A stretch of DNA of 64,000 nucleotides from Eledone cirrhosa (GCA_964016885.1 OZ024742.1:42470001-42534000); one strand, 5' to 3'. Counted from the stretch's first letter, positions 1 through 13,581 are shown. Translations and numbers: made by a program. The notes: generated by a model not told the origin, from the sequence alone.

Positions 1-65
1 TGCTGTAAGTGTTAGAAGAGACCTCACTGTCCAGAGCTGAGCGGGTACCTGGTGTTGATGTATAC
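1..65 (-). CDS. DZIP1: DZIP1-like exon, runs off window start
   Basis: ttcacattcag acceptor at 66-68; phase 2 matches previous donor; (K)YTSTPGTRSALDSEVSSNTYS open to edge. Confidence 0.65.
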
Positions 66-202
66 CTGAATGTGAAAGGAAGTTAACAGCTATAGCAGTA
101 ATTGTCTAGAATTATCATTATTACCATTACCATCATCAATATCATTACAACATTTTGAAGACCAGAACTGTGCACAGCAGTATCACACATACACATATAT
201 CC

Positions 203-722
<520 letters not shown>

Positions 723-864
723 TATATATGTGTGTGTGTGTGTGTGTTCCAGTTTTTAGAACAGGTACACTGTATCCCTGAATGATGTAAGAAGCAACTG
801 ACAGGGTTGGGACCAAGAAAGGCATCCCGTCCAACCCATGCCAACATGGAAAATTGAAGGTAAA

Positions 865-901
<37 letters not shown>

Positions 902-1444
902 CAATTGATATTAAATAAATGGAAACTATATTTATAAAACCATATTTATTCTATTATATATATTTCAAGGGTACCAAAAATTTTGGTACGCTATCATCAG
1001 ATAAAATACAAAATGTTTTATAAATTTAGACATAGCCAAGGATAATATACCTTAACGGTTCAAGTTATCCCTGGAAAGTGAATATATATATATCATCATC
1101 ATCATCATCAACGTTTAACGTCCGTGTTCCACGCTTGCATGGGTTTGGACGGGGGTAGTCCCACTTGAGGCAAGAGTGATTGTCTTGCTCGCATAGGACT
1201 GTCTGGCAGGTTTTCTACAGTTGGATGCCCTTCCCAACACCAACCACATTTACAGTGTGGGGCTGGGAGGTTTTTACCGTGTTGCCTACACGGCCACATT
1301 ACAGCGTGGACTGTGTGTTTTTTTGTCGTGACACCTACACGATCTCATTTGTTTCGGCCTGGATGGCGCGGCACCAACATAACTTTACATAGAACGGGGT
1401 GGTGTGGATGGGGTGGGGGTGGTGGCGGGACGGGGTGTATTTTG

Positions 1445-3166
1445 TTAGAGATGCCTACTGGCAAGGCGGGTCTTCTCTGTTACTGAGTACCGCCAAAGGT
1501 CACGGTCCAGTGACATTGTCTTGGAGAGGTGTAAGTGTGTGAGGTCGGAGTTTATCAGCTCATCCCATGTTTTTCTAGGTCTGCCTATTCCGTGGCTACC
1601 GTCTATCTTTATTGCCCTGCACTTTGTAATACAGCTATCGACTTTCATGCGCATCACGTGTCCATACCAACGCAGCCTTCTCTCGAGTAAACAACATCTG
1701 ATCCCTCTTATCTCTAATTTTTTCCTTAGTTCGTTTATGCTTTGCCGTTCATGTATATTACTGTTACACATCCAGCGGAGCATGCAAGCTTCGTTCCTCT
1801 CTAGTCTGCGTATATCCTCTGCACACAATGCCCAGGTCTCACTACCATGCAACATTGCTGTTCGTATGCAGGCATCGTACAACCTGCCTTTCATTTTTAG
1901 GGAGAACCCTTTAGCAGCTAATAGTGGTATAAGCTCTCTGAACTTTTTCCAACCAGTTCTGACTCTAGCTACAGTACTTTCAGAGCACCCTCCCCCACTG
2001 CTGATTTTATCGCCCAGGTAACGGAAGCTGTCCACTATTTCTATAGAACCCTCTGCGCAATTGAAAGAGCTAGTATTTTGTGGGCACTTGCTGCTACTTA
2101 TTGCACCAGAACACCGGCCACATCTAAAGTCTATGTTCTTAGTTAGCTTACCTGTGATCCCACTACATCTTTTATGCACCCATACTTTGCATTTAGGACA
2201 TAAGATGGAGTTTCTACCTACGCCTTTCCTACATACCGAGCACGACCATTTCCCAGAAGGGACCGCCGCCTTGTTTTCTTTCCTACAAACTAGAACTTTG
2301 GTCTTAGCCAGGTTAATTTTAAGTCCTTTTGACTCTAGGCCGTGCTTCCATGTTTGGAATTTCTTCTCTAGCTCGGCCATTGATTCCGCTATGAGTGTCA
2401 GGTCGTCTGCGCATAGGAGTTCCCATGGGCAGCCTGTCTTGAACTCCTCTGTTATAGCCTGAAGGGCAATAATAAATAGTAGGGGGCTGAGAACAGAGCC
2501 CTGATGGACGCCAACTTTTACGCTAAACTCTTCACTATATTCGTTGTTAATTCTAACCTTGCTGACTGTTTCTTTATACATGGCTTGTATAGCCCTCACA
2601 AGCCATTCGTCAACGCCTAGTTTTCTAAGAGCCCACCAGATAATGGAACGGGGGACTCTGTCGAAGGCTTTCTCCAGGTCGACAAAAGCTAAGTAGAGGG
2701 GTTTACCTTTAGCTAGGTACTTCTCCTGTAGTTGTCGTACTATGAAAAGAGCGTCTGTGGTGCTTTTGCCTGACACAAACCCGAACTGCATTTCATCTAG
2801 GTCAATTCTCTTTCTGATTAGTTGCGCTATTACTTTTTCCGTGACCTTCATGACCTGGTCGATTAATTTAATGCCTCTATAGTTACTCCTATCTAGGGCG
2901 TCTCCTTTACCCTTATAACAGTTAACGATGATGCTGCTATGCCAGTCCTTCGGAACAACCCCATTCTGTACGACTTGGTTAACTATGCGGGTGACCATGG
3001 TGTGTCCCACCGTGCCAGATGCCTTCAGCATCTCAGCAACTATTTCCGAAGGCCCAGCCGCCTTACCCGTCTTCATATCCTTGATTGCCTTACTTATTAT
3101 ACTCCCCTCGACTAACACTGCTGGTCCCTCTATCGGGTCGATATGGGGGAGACTGTCTTTCTCCAT
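1445..3166 (-). pseudogene. RTE ORF, 3' part: reverse transcriptase with PHD-like insert
   Basis: NYRGIKL, QFGF, FVDLEKAFDRV, GVHQGSVLSPLLF, CADD (YADD variant), FRYLG, RRLRWYGHV. Confidence 0.92.
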
Positions 3167-4722
3167 TTATTCTCCTCATTTAGTAGCCTTTCATAGTGAC
3201 ACTTCCAAGCTACCTTCTTATCAGTGTCGGTCATGGCAAGTATGCCATCATCGTTAAGTACACACTTCTCCCCGACAATATCACGGTTTTCCTTGACGCA
3301 TTGCCTGGCAATCCTGAACACCTCACGTTTTTGGTCATCGCGTTGTAGAACATGCTTGAACTTTCTTTCCTCAGCTTCCCTTCTTGCTAAGTACACTTCT
3401 CTCCTAGCTTCCCTCCTGGCCACTTGATAGTCTACTCTACTTCCCCCATCCCGCCATACTTTCCAAGCCTGCTTTTTGGCCTTAATTGACCCCTCCACCC
3501 TACTGTTCCACCACCATGTTACTCTCCTCCTGCCTACAGGCCTGCTCCAGCCACAGACTTCGTCTGTCGCCAACAGCAGGTTTGCTTTCAGAAATTCCCA
3601 CTGTCCCTCTATATTGTCCGATTCTAGATGCTCTTCCTTACTGTCGAAAGCATCAAGTAATATGCTTTGAAATTTATTTCTGGCTGTGGGGTCCTTTAGT
3701 TTCCATATTTTCCTCCTGAGGATAGTCCTCTTCTGCTGTCGAGTACGTCTCGTCCTGACTATGAGGTCGCTAATTATCAGTCTATGTTGGGAGGTGCATT
3801 CTTCATGGGGGAGGGATTTAGTGTTTACAACAGACACTCTGTCACGTCTTCTGGTAAGGATATAATCTACCTGGCTTGTGTGTTCCCCGGATCTATAGGT
3901 GATCAGGTGATTGTCACGTTTTTTGAAGTTAGTGTTACAGATAGTTAGGTTATTTGCATCACAGAATTCCAGGATTCTGGAGCCTTCCTCATTTCTAGTA
4001 CCAAACCCATAGCCTCCATGGATTTCGTCGTAGCTGTCACAATGTTGTCCAACGTGACCATTTAGGTCGCCTGCAATAATTATATAGTCACTGTCAGATA
4101 TTTGGGAGGTAGTTAGCAACAGTGTCTCATAGAATCTGTCTTTTATAGTGCCGGGCAGTCCGGATTGGGGTGCGTACGCAGATATTACTGTCACCGTAGT
4201 TCTATTGAGGACAAGTCTTATTTTAATTATTCTGTCGTTCACTCTATTTACGTCTATTATCTTATCTGCCCACTTTTCTGCTACCATGATTCCTACTCCA
4301 CCCAGCCCATCGTCGTTTCCCACCCAGAAAAGCTTATAACATCGTTTTTTACCCTCAATGAATCTAGCAGACCCACCCCTCCACCTGGTCTCTTGAATAC
4401 AACAAACATCGACCTCCTTACGTTCAAGCATTTCTACAACCTCGTTAGCGCGACCCTTTAGGGTGCCTACATTTATGGTACCAACTCTGAAGTTTTGGGT
4501 TGCGTTTGGAGGGTGGGGGTGGTGGGGGGCGGGGGGAGATAGGGTTATGTTAGCCATCCGCGGACGAAACAAAGAGGAGTGCTCGCATTCTCGTCCACGA
4601 GGTGAATTTGACTTTAACTTTGGCATTTTCGCTCTGAGCGTCCAGATTTTTCTCTCCCTTCCACTCTCCAGGATTCCGCAGTCCGTCCGTCCATCCATCC
4701 ATCCATCATATATCGAAGGCAA
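3167..4722 (-). pseudogene. RTE ORF, 5' part: apurinic-like endonuclease and linker
   Basis: Motifs GTINVGTL, CCIQETRW, SAYAPQ, GDLNGHVG, SQVDYIL, SQHRL; true start codon uncertain. Confidence 0.9.
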
Positions 4723-5207
4723 CCGGGCAAGCGATAGTATAGGCCTCTGGCTTATGATTTGGTCCGCGTAATAATAATAATGGTGATGCGTGGGGGTGGG
4801 GGGCTCTGGCTTATAATAATGATGGTGATGCGTGGGGGGGGGGGGGGGGCTCTGGCTTATGATTGGTCCACGTATTAAGTATGGTGGTGTGTGGGGGCGG
4901 GAGGGAGGGGTGTGGGGTAGCTAGCTGGAAGGTTATGAATTTTTAACAAGCGATTTAACAAAAAGCAAAACTGCAAGATTTGTTCTGTTCAATACGACAA
5001 AAACACCGTATTTAAACCTTAAATAGATAACAAAAAATACAGATTTCGGATTTTGCGAGATTGGATGTTTGGACTATGTACGAAATTGAGCGTGGAATGG
5101 ATAGAGAAAAATTTGTACTTTACGATTTACATGAGTACACCGTGGTAGAAATAATTGAAGCAGCGGTGGATTGGCGAAAGTGAATAAACATGAAGGAGAA
5201 CTTATCT

Positions 5208-5242
<35 letters not shown>

Positions 5243-5559
5243 AGCTAAGAGAGAGATAGAGGGGAAGAAAGAGAGGGGGGGAAGGGGGAGAGATATTGTG
5301 GCTGACCGCAGCCCCTCGTGGAGTAGCTGGAGGGTGAAGGGGTGGAGCGGATTTTTTGACTTTCAAGTAGCATACTATATATATTTAAAGTAATTTATAA
5401 GAAGTAGAATGGGAAGGATTTTGTTTTTTGTTTGAGAATACGATAGAATTAAGGAATTGGACGATACGATAGAATTAAGAATGGGAAGGATTTTGTTTTT
5501 TTTTGTTTGGGGATACGATAGAATTAAGGAATTGGAGAATACGATAGAATTAATGAATT

Positions 5560-5699
5560 GATATACATATATATATACATATATATATATACATATACAT
5601 ATATATATACATACATATATATATACATACATATATATATATATACACATATATACACATATATATACACATATATATATACATATATATACACATATA
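5560..5699. repeat. (AT/AC)n microsatellite
   Basis: Direct reading. Confidence 0.9.
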
Positions 5700-6035
5700 T
5701 GGAGGCACATGGCTTAGTGGTTAGAACATTGGCCTTGCAATCGAAAGGTTGTGAGTAAAATTCTCAGACCGGGTGATGTGTTGTTTCCTTGGGCAAGACA
5801 CTTTATTTCACATTGCTCCAGTTTACTCAGCTGTAGAAGTGAGATGATAGGGACAGGGGTCCCTATCATTCCACTGCAAAGTGGTCGTGGAGGTGCCACG
5901 GCAAAAAAGCACCCAGCACTCACTGTAAATGAGGTTGGTGTTAGGAAGGGCATCCAGCTGTAGAAATCAAGCCAGACTCAGTTCCCGTCCCACCCTTGCA
6001 AGCAGGGAAGAAGCCGACGTAAAATGAAATGATGA

Positions 6036-6040
<5 letters not shown>
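5700..6040 (+). mobile_element. tRNA-derived SINE with RTE-like tail
   Basis: Head ggaggcacatggcttagtggttag (A box), degenerate B box, conserved central domain, (GAT)n end. Confidence 0.78.
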
Positions 6041-6083
<43 letters not shown>

Positions 6084-6148
6084 ATATATGTATATATATG
6101 TATATATATGTATATATATATATATGTATATATATGTATATATATATA

Positions 6149-6278
6149 TAAGTTTTAATATAGATGAGATTCTAAAGGACTAGAACTGTTTCAATCTTTA
6201 GAAACCATCAGGAATCCTGATGATTTCTAAAGAATGAAACAGTTCTAGTCCTGTAGAATCTCATCTATATTAAAACTT
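6149..6278. repeat. ~130-bp palindrome containing a hammerhead-like core, likely Penelope-type terminal repeat remnant
   Basis: ~62-bp inverted arms centred on ggaatcc (6211-6217); CTGATGA...GAAAC at 6217-6240. Confidence 0.7.
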
Positions 6279-6696
6279 TTATACTCTGCAATGTATTGAG
6301 TACCTTACTTACTGTGGTTACCTCCGATTCAACCCGGAATAACGTACTTATATATGTATATATATATATATATATGACTAATATAATATTTTAATATATG
6401 GTTTTTATATAAAACTATGTTGGAAGATTAAAATTTAAAGAGGAACCCTTTAAAATGGGTGGTTTTATTTCGTAGAACCAGAGCTGGTTTGGGGCACATT
6501 AGTATCAAAAGAGTTAAACACATCACACACAGACCCTCTGCAACCAAGGGGACATATTCATTGGTGATGATGGAGACCCTAGTTAAGTAAGTTTTCTGTC
6601 CAACTTCAATCTCAATATTCTCCATATCAAATGTATTTAGTTCTCCACACAAGTAAACAGACAAATGAACATAGAAGAAAACTGTTAAGTTCTTAC

Positions 6697-6770
6697 TTTG
6701 GGGCTTTGAATTTATTTTCATTAAAATCTTCATCTAAGAGAGAAATCTTTGAAAAGTCAGAGTCATCAGC
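6697..6770 (-). CDS. DZIP1: DZIP1-like exon
   Basis: tttttcag/gtaaga; ADDSDFSKISLLDEDFNENKFKAP; phase 0/2 (read-through gives TAA at 6693-6695). Confidence 0.75.
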
Positions 6771-8861
6771 CTGAAAAATAGATCATCACTTTAGACATCA
6801 ATAACAAAACACAATTGCCACTGTCACCTTACGTGATGGTGGTCGCAATGACAATTAGTATGTGAACAGAGGCAAGGCAAGGTTGAGAGGTCTCTTTAGT
6901 CTTGCTGGAGATGACCTCTCTAGTACTGGTATACAATAAAGGACTCTAATACATATGAATAAGACAGTCTCTAACCTGTACAGGAGGGTCAAATAAGAAT
7001 TGGCTTGGATTATAATGACTAATCCAAATCATACCAGCATGGAAAACTGGATGTAAGATGATGATGACAATAGTACACAGCATAGTTAGATGATTAGGAA
7101 GTTTGCTTTGCAATCAGTTGGTGACAGGTTCAATCCCCCTGGCATCTCGAGCAAATATCATTTACCATAGCTTTGGGTTAATCCAAGCCTTGAAAGTAAA
7201 ATTGGGTAGATGGAAACTATTTGGAAGTCTGTCGGGTGGACTTTACCTATAATTTAAAGGAGCTTTGAGTTACAGGTAAAGTCCACCTGATGTAAGTGTG
7301 TATGCTTGTGACTAGAGACACTCCTCCTTCTTGAGAATTAGATTAAGGATACATATGTCTGTGGAATGCTCAGCCACATTAATTTCATGAACAGGCTGTT
7401 TCACTGATTGAACAACTGGAACACTCATTGTCAACACCAATGGAGTGCATTCCATGTAGTTTATAAACCATTTAACGATAAACACAAAAGAAACAGATGT
7501 ATTACATCTTCAGATAACATTTGTGCTCTTTTGTAAACAGAAAAACCTGTTGATGTCAAGAATTACCATTCCAATAACAGGCACAATTCGCAATCTTCTG
7601 AAGATTTTGTCAAGCAAAACATACATGATGAGATGGGCTTTCATTAGACACAAGGAGAGGGGAGGTCTAGCCACAAGCATATGCACTGACACCAGATGTC
7701 AGCGGTACAGGTCAGTGCCACGAGTAACATACTACAATTTTTAGGCAAGTAGTTTGAACAGTTATGGTGAGCATTTGCAGAGTATTTCTTGAAGATCTTC
7801 CCAAGCATCACTATAGGATGAGACTTCACTGACCTTGACTATACCAACAAGCTTCTGAGAACTGATAATAACTATATTGATGTTTAATTAGCCAGTGAAT
7901 GCCTCTGTGTCACACATTGATTACTGGCATAAAAATCAATGCAGCCAAGACAGAGATAGTATCTTTTCCCATCTCACCTTCTGAAAGGATCCCTGTTATA
8001 CCCAGTGATGAGATTCTGGAAGAAGTCAATCAATTCAAGTGTTTTTGTTAATACCTGATCCTTGCTAACATAGAGTGAAGGCGCATGGCTTAGTGGTTAG
8101 AGAGTTGGATTTGTAATCATGAAGTTGTGAGTTCAATTCTTGACACTTTATTTTACCTTGTTCTTCTGCCAGGAGTTTCGACCGGTAAATAGTATCAGAA
8201 ATGGAAAAGATCAATGGAAACATTGTTTCCTTGATCCAATTTGATGAGGTCCACCCCACTCGGCAAGCAAATGAGTTTTGGGATCTTGTCGATCAATCAG
8301 AGCGAGCTTATACAGTGTCTACTGTTAAAAATCATAGCTGGCTGCCAACATTTGTGTTAGATATCTGTGATTGTCATGCATGAGCAACCTCTGTTCACAA
8401 TGCTGTAGATTCACTGGTTGAAACCAGCTCAACCTATTCTCACTGAATGCTGACACAAGTACAAGTTGTTGTTGTGGGATCTTGATCAGTTCTGATGATG
8501 AGTGTTTCAGTTGTTCAAACAATGGAACAGCCTGCTAATGAAATTAGCTTACAAGGGACTGAGCATTCCAAAGACATGTATTCCCTTAATGTAGTTCTCA
8601 GGGCGATTTACAGTGTATGACCAGGCTGATCCTTTGAATTACAGGTACAACACATTTTTTTCCAGCTAAATAGACTGGTTCAATGTAAAATAAAGTATCC
8701 TACTCAAGAACACAACACACAGCCAGGAATCAAACTCAAAACCTCACAATTGTGAGTTACCATAGCCACTAAGCCATGTGGTTTCACAAGTACGAGAAAG
8801 CAAAACATAAAGAACCAAAATGTGAAAATCATTCGAAGGAAGTTAGCAAGTGTAGCAGTAC

Positions 8862-8924
8862 CTCTGTATATCCAGGTTTCTTCATTAAATCCACAGCACC
8901 AGGGAATTTCACAGATGGTCGGTT
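8862..8924 (-). CDS. DZIP1: DZIP1-like exon
   Basis: cag/gtactg; NRPSVKFPGAVDLMKKPGYTE (cf. C-terminal 'KKP.GGV' motif); phase 0/0. Confidence 0.75.
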
Positions 8925-8977
8925 CTGGAATGGTAATTGAGAAAAGAAAAATATATCAAAATGAGTGATCGTTAAAG

Positions 8978-9142
8978 GATCTCACCGTAACTTTGACTAA
9001 ATGAAATAGTCAAATAATAACAGGGCGTATAAGACCACTGAGTGTAAAAAGATGGGCATTAGTACACATCTTTTTCCATTCAGTAGGTTTATATGCCTGC
9101 TATCAATAGACTATTATATTTAGTCAAAGTTACAGTGAGATC
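8978..9142. mobile_element. MITE with ~33-bp terminal inverted repeats
   Basis: gatctcaccgtaactttgactaaat...atttagtcaaagttacagtgagatc. Confidence 0.7.
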
Positions 9143-9275
9143 TTATAATTCAATTTTTAGATTACACTTGCTGTTTTCTAAACATATATGCTTTCTATGT
9201 CAATTGATATATGATTATTGGAAATAGGATCCATATGTGAGTGGGATTGAAGAAGTGTTGAAACAGAAGACAAAC

Positions 9276-9399
9276 CTCAAGCTGAGATTTAATGATATTC
9301 CCAATTTGAGCAACTTTTGTGCCTTTAGCTGGGGTCACTGAAGGATGAAATGAGCTGTCAGACTGACCAGTTAAGATACTTCCTATGTCAAATTCACTG
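9276..9399 (-). CDS. DZIP1: DZIP1-like exon
   Basis: cag/gtttgt; SEFDIGSILTGQSDSSFHPSVTPAKGTKVAQIGNIIKSQLE; phase 2/0. Confidence 0.78.
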
Positions 9400-9918
9400 C
9401 TGTAAAGAGAAAAAAAGCTCAAGTAACCACCATATACTGCAACAGAACACACACACTAAAAAAATGAGACTTTATGTAGTCAACAATCTCTCAAAATTCT
9501 CCATTAATCAACTGAAATCAAGTGTATTTCATTAGAAATATGCCATGAAAGGATTAAACAAGCTTAACTATGGAACAAAATTTAAGACATAATCAAAATC
9601 TTTAACATAATAAAATAATACCATGAAGATTTATAAATTTATGCATCAAAATAGAAATGGGAATGTTTATAAAGCAGCATAGACTGATTGCCTGTGGGGA
9701 CTCTGATGCTGATGATCTAGCCCTCCTAACTGAAGCAATAAAAGAACTAGTGAAAATTCCGACATGGAAGCAGCAGTTTTAGTAGGAAGGATAAGATCCT
9801 GCAACCATCAGGGAAATAGCCATGCTCAATGTGTTCCACTGATTGTTATTAATGAGAAAAATATCATGGTTATAATCTAGAATATATTGAACACTTCAAA
9901 ATGAAATATGGCACTTAC

Positions 9919-10170
9919 CTATCTTCAGCATCGAAATCAGAACTGACATTTTTACGGGGTAAAGGAATTGGTTTAGGTTTTTCAGTGTTTCGTGATGACT
10001 GGGATTTGTCAAGGGTTGCACTCCTTGCTGGGGTCATGGGGGGATTCATTTGAGTTTTAGAATGATTATCTTTCAGAATTGATGAAACATCAGAGTCAGA
10101 CCAAGAATCACTTTTCTCTTGGTCACTGTCATCACTCCAAGATGTTAACTTTTGCTTTGACCCATTTGAC
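9919..10170 (-). CDS. DZIP1: DZIP1-like exon (Ser/Asp-rich)
   Basis: aag/gtaagt; SNGSKQKLTSWSDDSDQEKSDSWSDSD...PKPIPLPRKNVSSDFDAED; phase 2/2. Confidence 0.78.
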
Positions 10171-10949
10171 CTTTTAGGGAGAAACAAGAAAATTGAATAA
10201 CTAAAATTTCTGCCACCAATGCCAAAACCACTCTCTTCACCACCACCAATTTTGCCACACCCACCACTACCAAAACAACCACTTACAATCATACAAAATG
10301 GAAAGATACATTAGATGATGTAGTCTTAGTTACACAAATATAAAAAAAAACCCCCAAAAACTGGATGATTACAGCTGGAATGTCTTGGATTGTAGGTATG
10401 CTTGATGAAGTCTAAGCTATAATTATACAACAACAACAATAGCATGTCAGTGTGCATAGTATGGCCATCAACTAAACATAGGAATAATAAACGTGTGGGT
10501 CACACAAAAGTAGTGTTTGGCAACTAAGGAACCACAATTTAGTTGCTAGATTACGGTGGCATAGCTAATGTGTATGATACCTGGCGCAGCCCTTGAGTTT
10601 GTTAACAATGCCCTTGCCCCTCCTCCGAGACCCTACAAAAAATACAACATATTGCACAGTGACTTCCTCTTAGTAGTGCTATAGCATTAAAAAAACATAC
10701 ACCCTGGGTCCATTCACTGGTTTCACATTGTCAACAATGATAAAATATATTGCTGGATAATATTTATTGTTGACCAAAATAACAATTAGTTAAATACATA
10801 TGTCATAGTTTAAGTTCCTCAAAATTGAAAAAGTTCTTCATCTGTGAGTAGCATCATAACATTAAAACCACATTTATATTATTTCAATACAGCCTATATA
10901 GGCTTATACAACATACCCAAAAGTACCACCCAACTACAGCTACAATCCA

Positions 10950-11335
10950 TCTTCAATTAATGTGTAAGTGGTTGATTATTCCACAGATTGGGTTACGGGT
11001 AAAGACCTCCTTCGGTGACAAATGACCATGGGATTTGCACCTAGAAAGTTCCCCTCCAAGGCACAAGTCTAGGCAAGATTGTTTGTGGAAGACCAGCAGT
11101 TGCCCATGCATACCAGTCTCTCCTCTCCACGCCACCAATGTTGTCCAAGGGAAAGGCTATGGCCAATACAGCTTGGCACCAGTGACATCACAACTCATTT
11201 CTACAGCTGAGTAAACTGGAGCCACGTGAAATAAAGTGTCTTGCTCAAAAACACAACACAAAGCCTGGTCTGAGAATCAAACTCACAACCTTGTGGTTGT
11301 AAGCCCGACACTAACCACTGAGCTATGTGCCTTCA
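10950..11335 (-). mobile_element. tRNA-derived SINE
   Basis: Reverse complement of the gaaggcacatagctcagtggttag head and ttgagcaagacactttattt domain. Confidence 0.65.
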
Positions 11336-11638
11336 CAGATACATGCGCTGTTAATGTAATTCCCAAGCCAAATCAGTGTGACACAATATATGACAAGGAT
11401 GGATCATTGACATACAGGTACAATCCACCTGATGGCCTTCCATACAGTTTGTTTACCCAATTTCACTCACAAGGCTTGGATCAACCTAAGGCTATAATAA
11501 AGACACTTTCCTCAAGATGCCATGCTGTGGGATTAAACCCAGGACCTTATGATTGCAAAGCAAGCTACTTAACCACTTAGCTATGCTGTCTCCTTACAAT
11601 AGAAAGAAAAGAAAACAGTATAGTTTTCGAAATCATAC

Positions 11639-11861
11639 ATTGCTAGTGTAGACTTTTGTGTTGATGGCATTGCCTCGTGATTGTTAGATGTAACCTGTGA
11701 GTGTATTTCAGCCTTTGAAATAACAAGTCGTGGAGCATCAACTGGTCGATGTTGTTGCTGCTGTTGTTGTTGTTGCTTTTTCTTTGGGCTCTTATTACTG
11801 TTGTTGTTGTTTTTCTTAGAAAGAAATTTTACAGTATGCTGGGGACTGTCAACATTTGGCA
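11639..11861 (-). CDS. DZIP1: DZIP1-like exon with N/Q homopolymers
   Basis: cag/gtatga; (V)PNVDSPQHTVKFLSKKNNNNSNKSPKKKQQQQQQQHRP...STLA; phase 1/2. Confidence 0.75.
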
Positions 11862-13454
11862 CTGCAAGAAATAACCATGTAGAATTTACAAATTAAAAAG
11901 TTTTATAAAGAGAAACAATAGGAGCAGTGACAGTGCCTGAGTATTTAGAGCTCTAGGCTAACTCTATAATTGTGTACCCTCCATTCCCCCAAATATGATA
12001 ATTTCAATTTACAATTTGATAGGCAGACGAGCCTAGTTTTGGACACTTCTTGCTCTGATCAAGCTAGGAAAGTTACTAATCCTGCATTTTCTATTACACA
12101 GTTCACACTCACCGACAACAAATTATATGACTGATCATAACACCATACAACTCTCTCCACTGTTTTGGATATCTCCACAATGCTGTTATGCAGCAAAAAT
12201 GTTTAGGAGGAAATTATTCTATATTTGACTTAATTATATAAATGTATATAAAGCTGGGATCCTTTATGATTCAGTAATGTATCTCTCTGAGGTCTACAGC
12301 CTAGGCAGCTACCTAGTTGGCTTTAATGGTAATGCCAAGCCCTGTGTGGGCACCAATGAAGGAGTATCTTTCCTTGACCTGTTAGAAAATAGCTACCAAA
12401 TCTCCCACAAATTATCCTGCCATCTTAACCTTTTTATGAACAACATTTTTATTGAAATGCACTGCTTACATGTTTCAATTGACATTGAAAATAATCAAGG
12501 ATTTAGAAGGATTTAATAAAATAAACTTTTATTAATATTAAATTGAATTTTCGAACATTACAGCTTGAGAAATGAAGAAGGTTCCTAAAGTTCTGTGATG
12601 CAAATGACTTAACCATCTGCAACTCTAATCACTGTAATAATTCTACCAATTCACCACCCTTAATAACATCAATAATAATAATGATTTTTTACACAGGAAA
12701 ACAAAAAAACATGCATTTTGGGGAACAAAACATGTGGCTATAGTGACTCCAATACTTGACTGGGATTTACCTTATTAACATTAGAAGGATGATAATCAAA
12801 GCTGTCCTTGGCAAGATTTGAAATCAGAATGTAAAGAGGAAAAACTAAATACCAATGCTTTACCAATCCTACAAAACCCCCACCAATGGTAACAATAATA
12901 AGGATAATATCTTATGCATAAGACCCCAGATTTAATGGGAGGGCTATGATTGGAACTTATTTTATTCATGCAGGAAGCAGGAAAAGTCAAGTTGATACTG
13001 GTGGGATTTGAACTGAGAATGTAAAGCAATACAACTTAATTCCATATGACATTTTACATACCACTCTACTCTTTTTAATAATCCTTCTCCACTGATCCTT
13101 GGATCCTTGAAGAGAACACACTATCGTCACAATTTACTTCCATTCCTCTCTTAATTGCACCCTTCTCTTCCATTTGATCTGAGTAATTTGACCGTGTCAT
13201 CATCCTATAATTTTGGAGGTCTTCCAACTGATCTCTTTCTATTTCTATTTCTTAGACACCATTCAACAACTACATGAGTCCACGGAACTTGTGCTTTCAG
13301 TAATTCATGGTCACATCATTTGTTCTGCTCCATTCTGGAATTAACTAATTTCAAATATGCTGGTCGAAATAATAATAAAACAATAAAAACAAACAGAAAA
13401 ACACCTACAGTAACTACAGTCAAAAACATTTTAAAAAAGGGAAATGAAACAAAC

Positions 13455-13581
13455 CTTGTACAGCAGCTTTGTTTTCTTTAACAGTTTTCTTACTTTTCTC
13501 TGAAGCCTGTAGTTTTTTCTTAGTGATGTTGTTAATGAGTTCATCAAGTCTTTTACGCTCTTTATAAAAGTTGGGGTATTT
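13455..13581 (-). CDS. DZIP1: DZIP1-like exon
   Basis: tag/gtttgt; KYPNFYKERKRLDELINNITKKKLQASEKSKKTVKENKAAVQ; phase 0/1. Confidence 0.8.

Larger units (their letters stand above)
1093..5375 (-). mobile_element. Near full-length RTE-clade non-LTR retrotransposon
   Basis: Single APE-RT ORF split by one frameshift, 3' UTR ending in (GAT)n tail at ~1093-1110, ~650-bp 5' UTR with G/C tracts; 5' boundary approximate. Confidence 0.92.

Noticed and set aside
1521-4771. Plus-strand ORFs overlapping the RTE
   Set aside because: Antisense shadows of the RTE coding sequence with no recognisable motifs.
5300-5375. HDV-like ribozyme at the RTE 5' end (ctccacgaggggctgcgg on minus strand)
   Set aside because: An L3-like TCCACG is present, but I could not build consistent P1/P2/P3 pairings by eye.
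5700-5780. tRNA gene
   Set aside because: SINE head with degenerate B box and no complete cloverleaf.
7480-8500. Additional coding exons
   Set aside because: Looks like highly decayed LINE remnants; the DZIP1 exon phases join without them.
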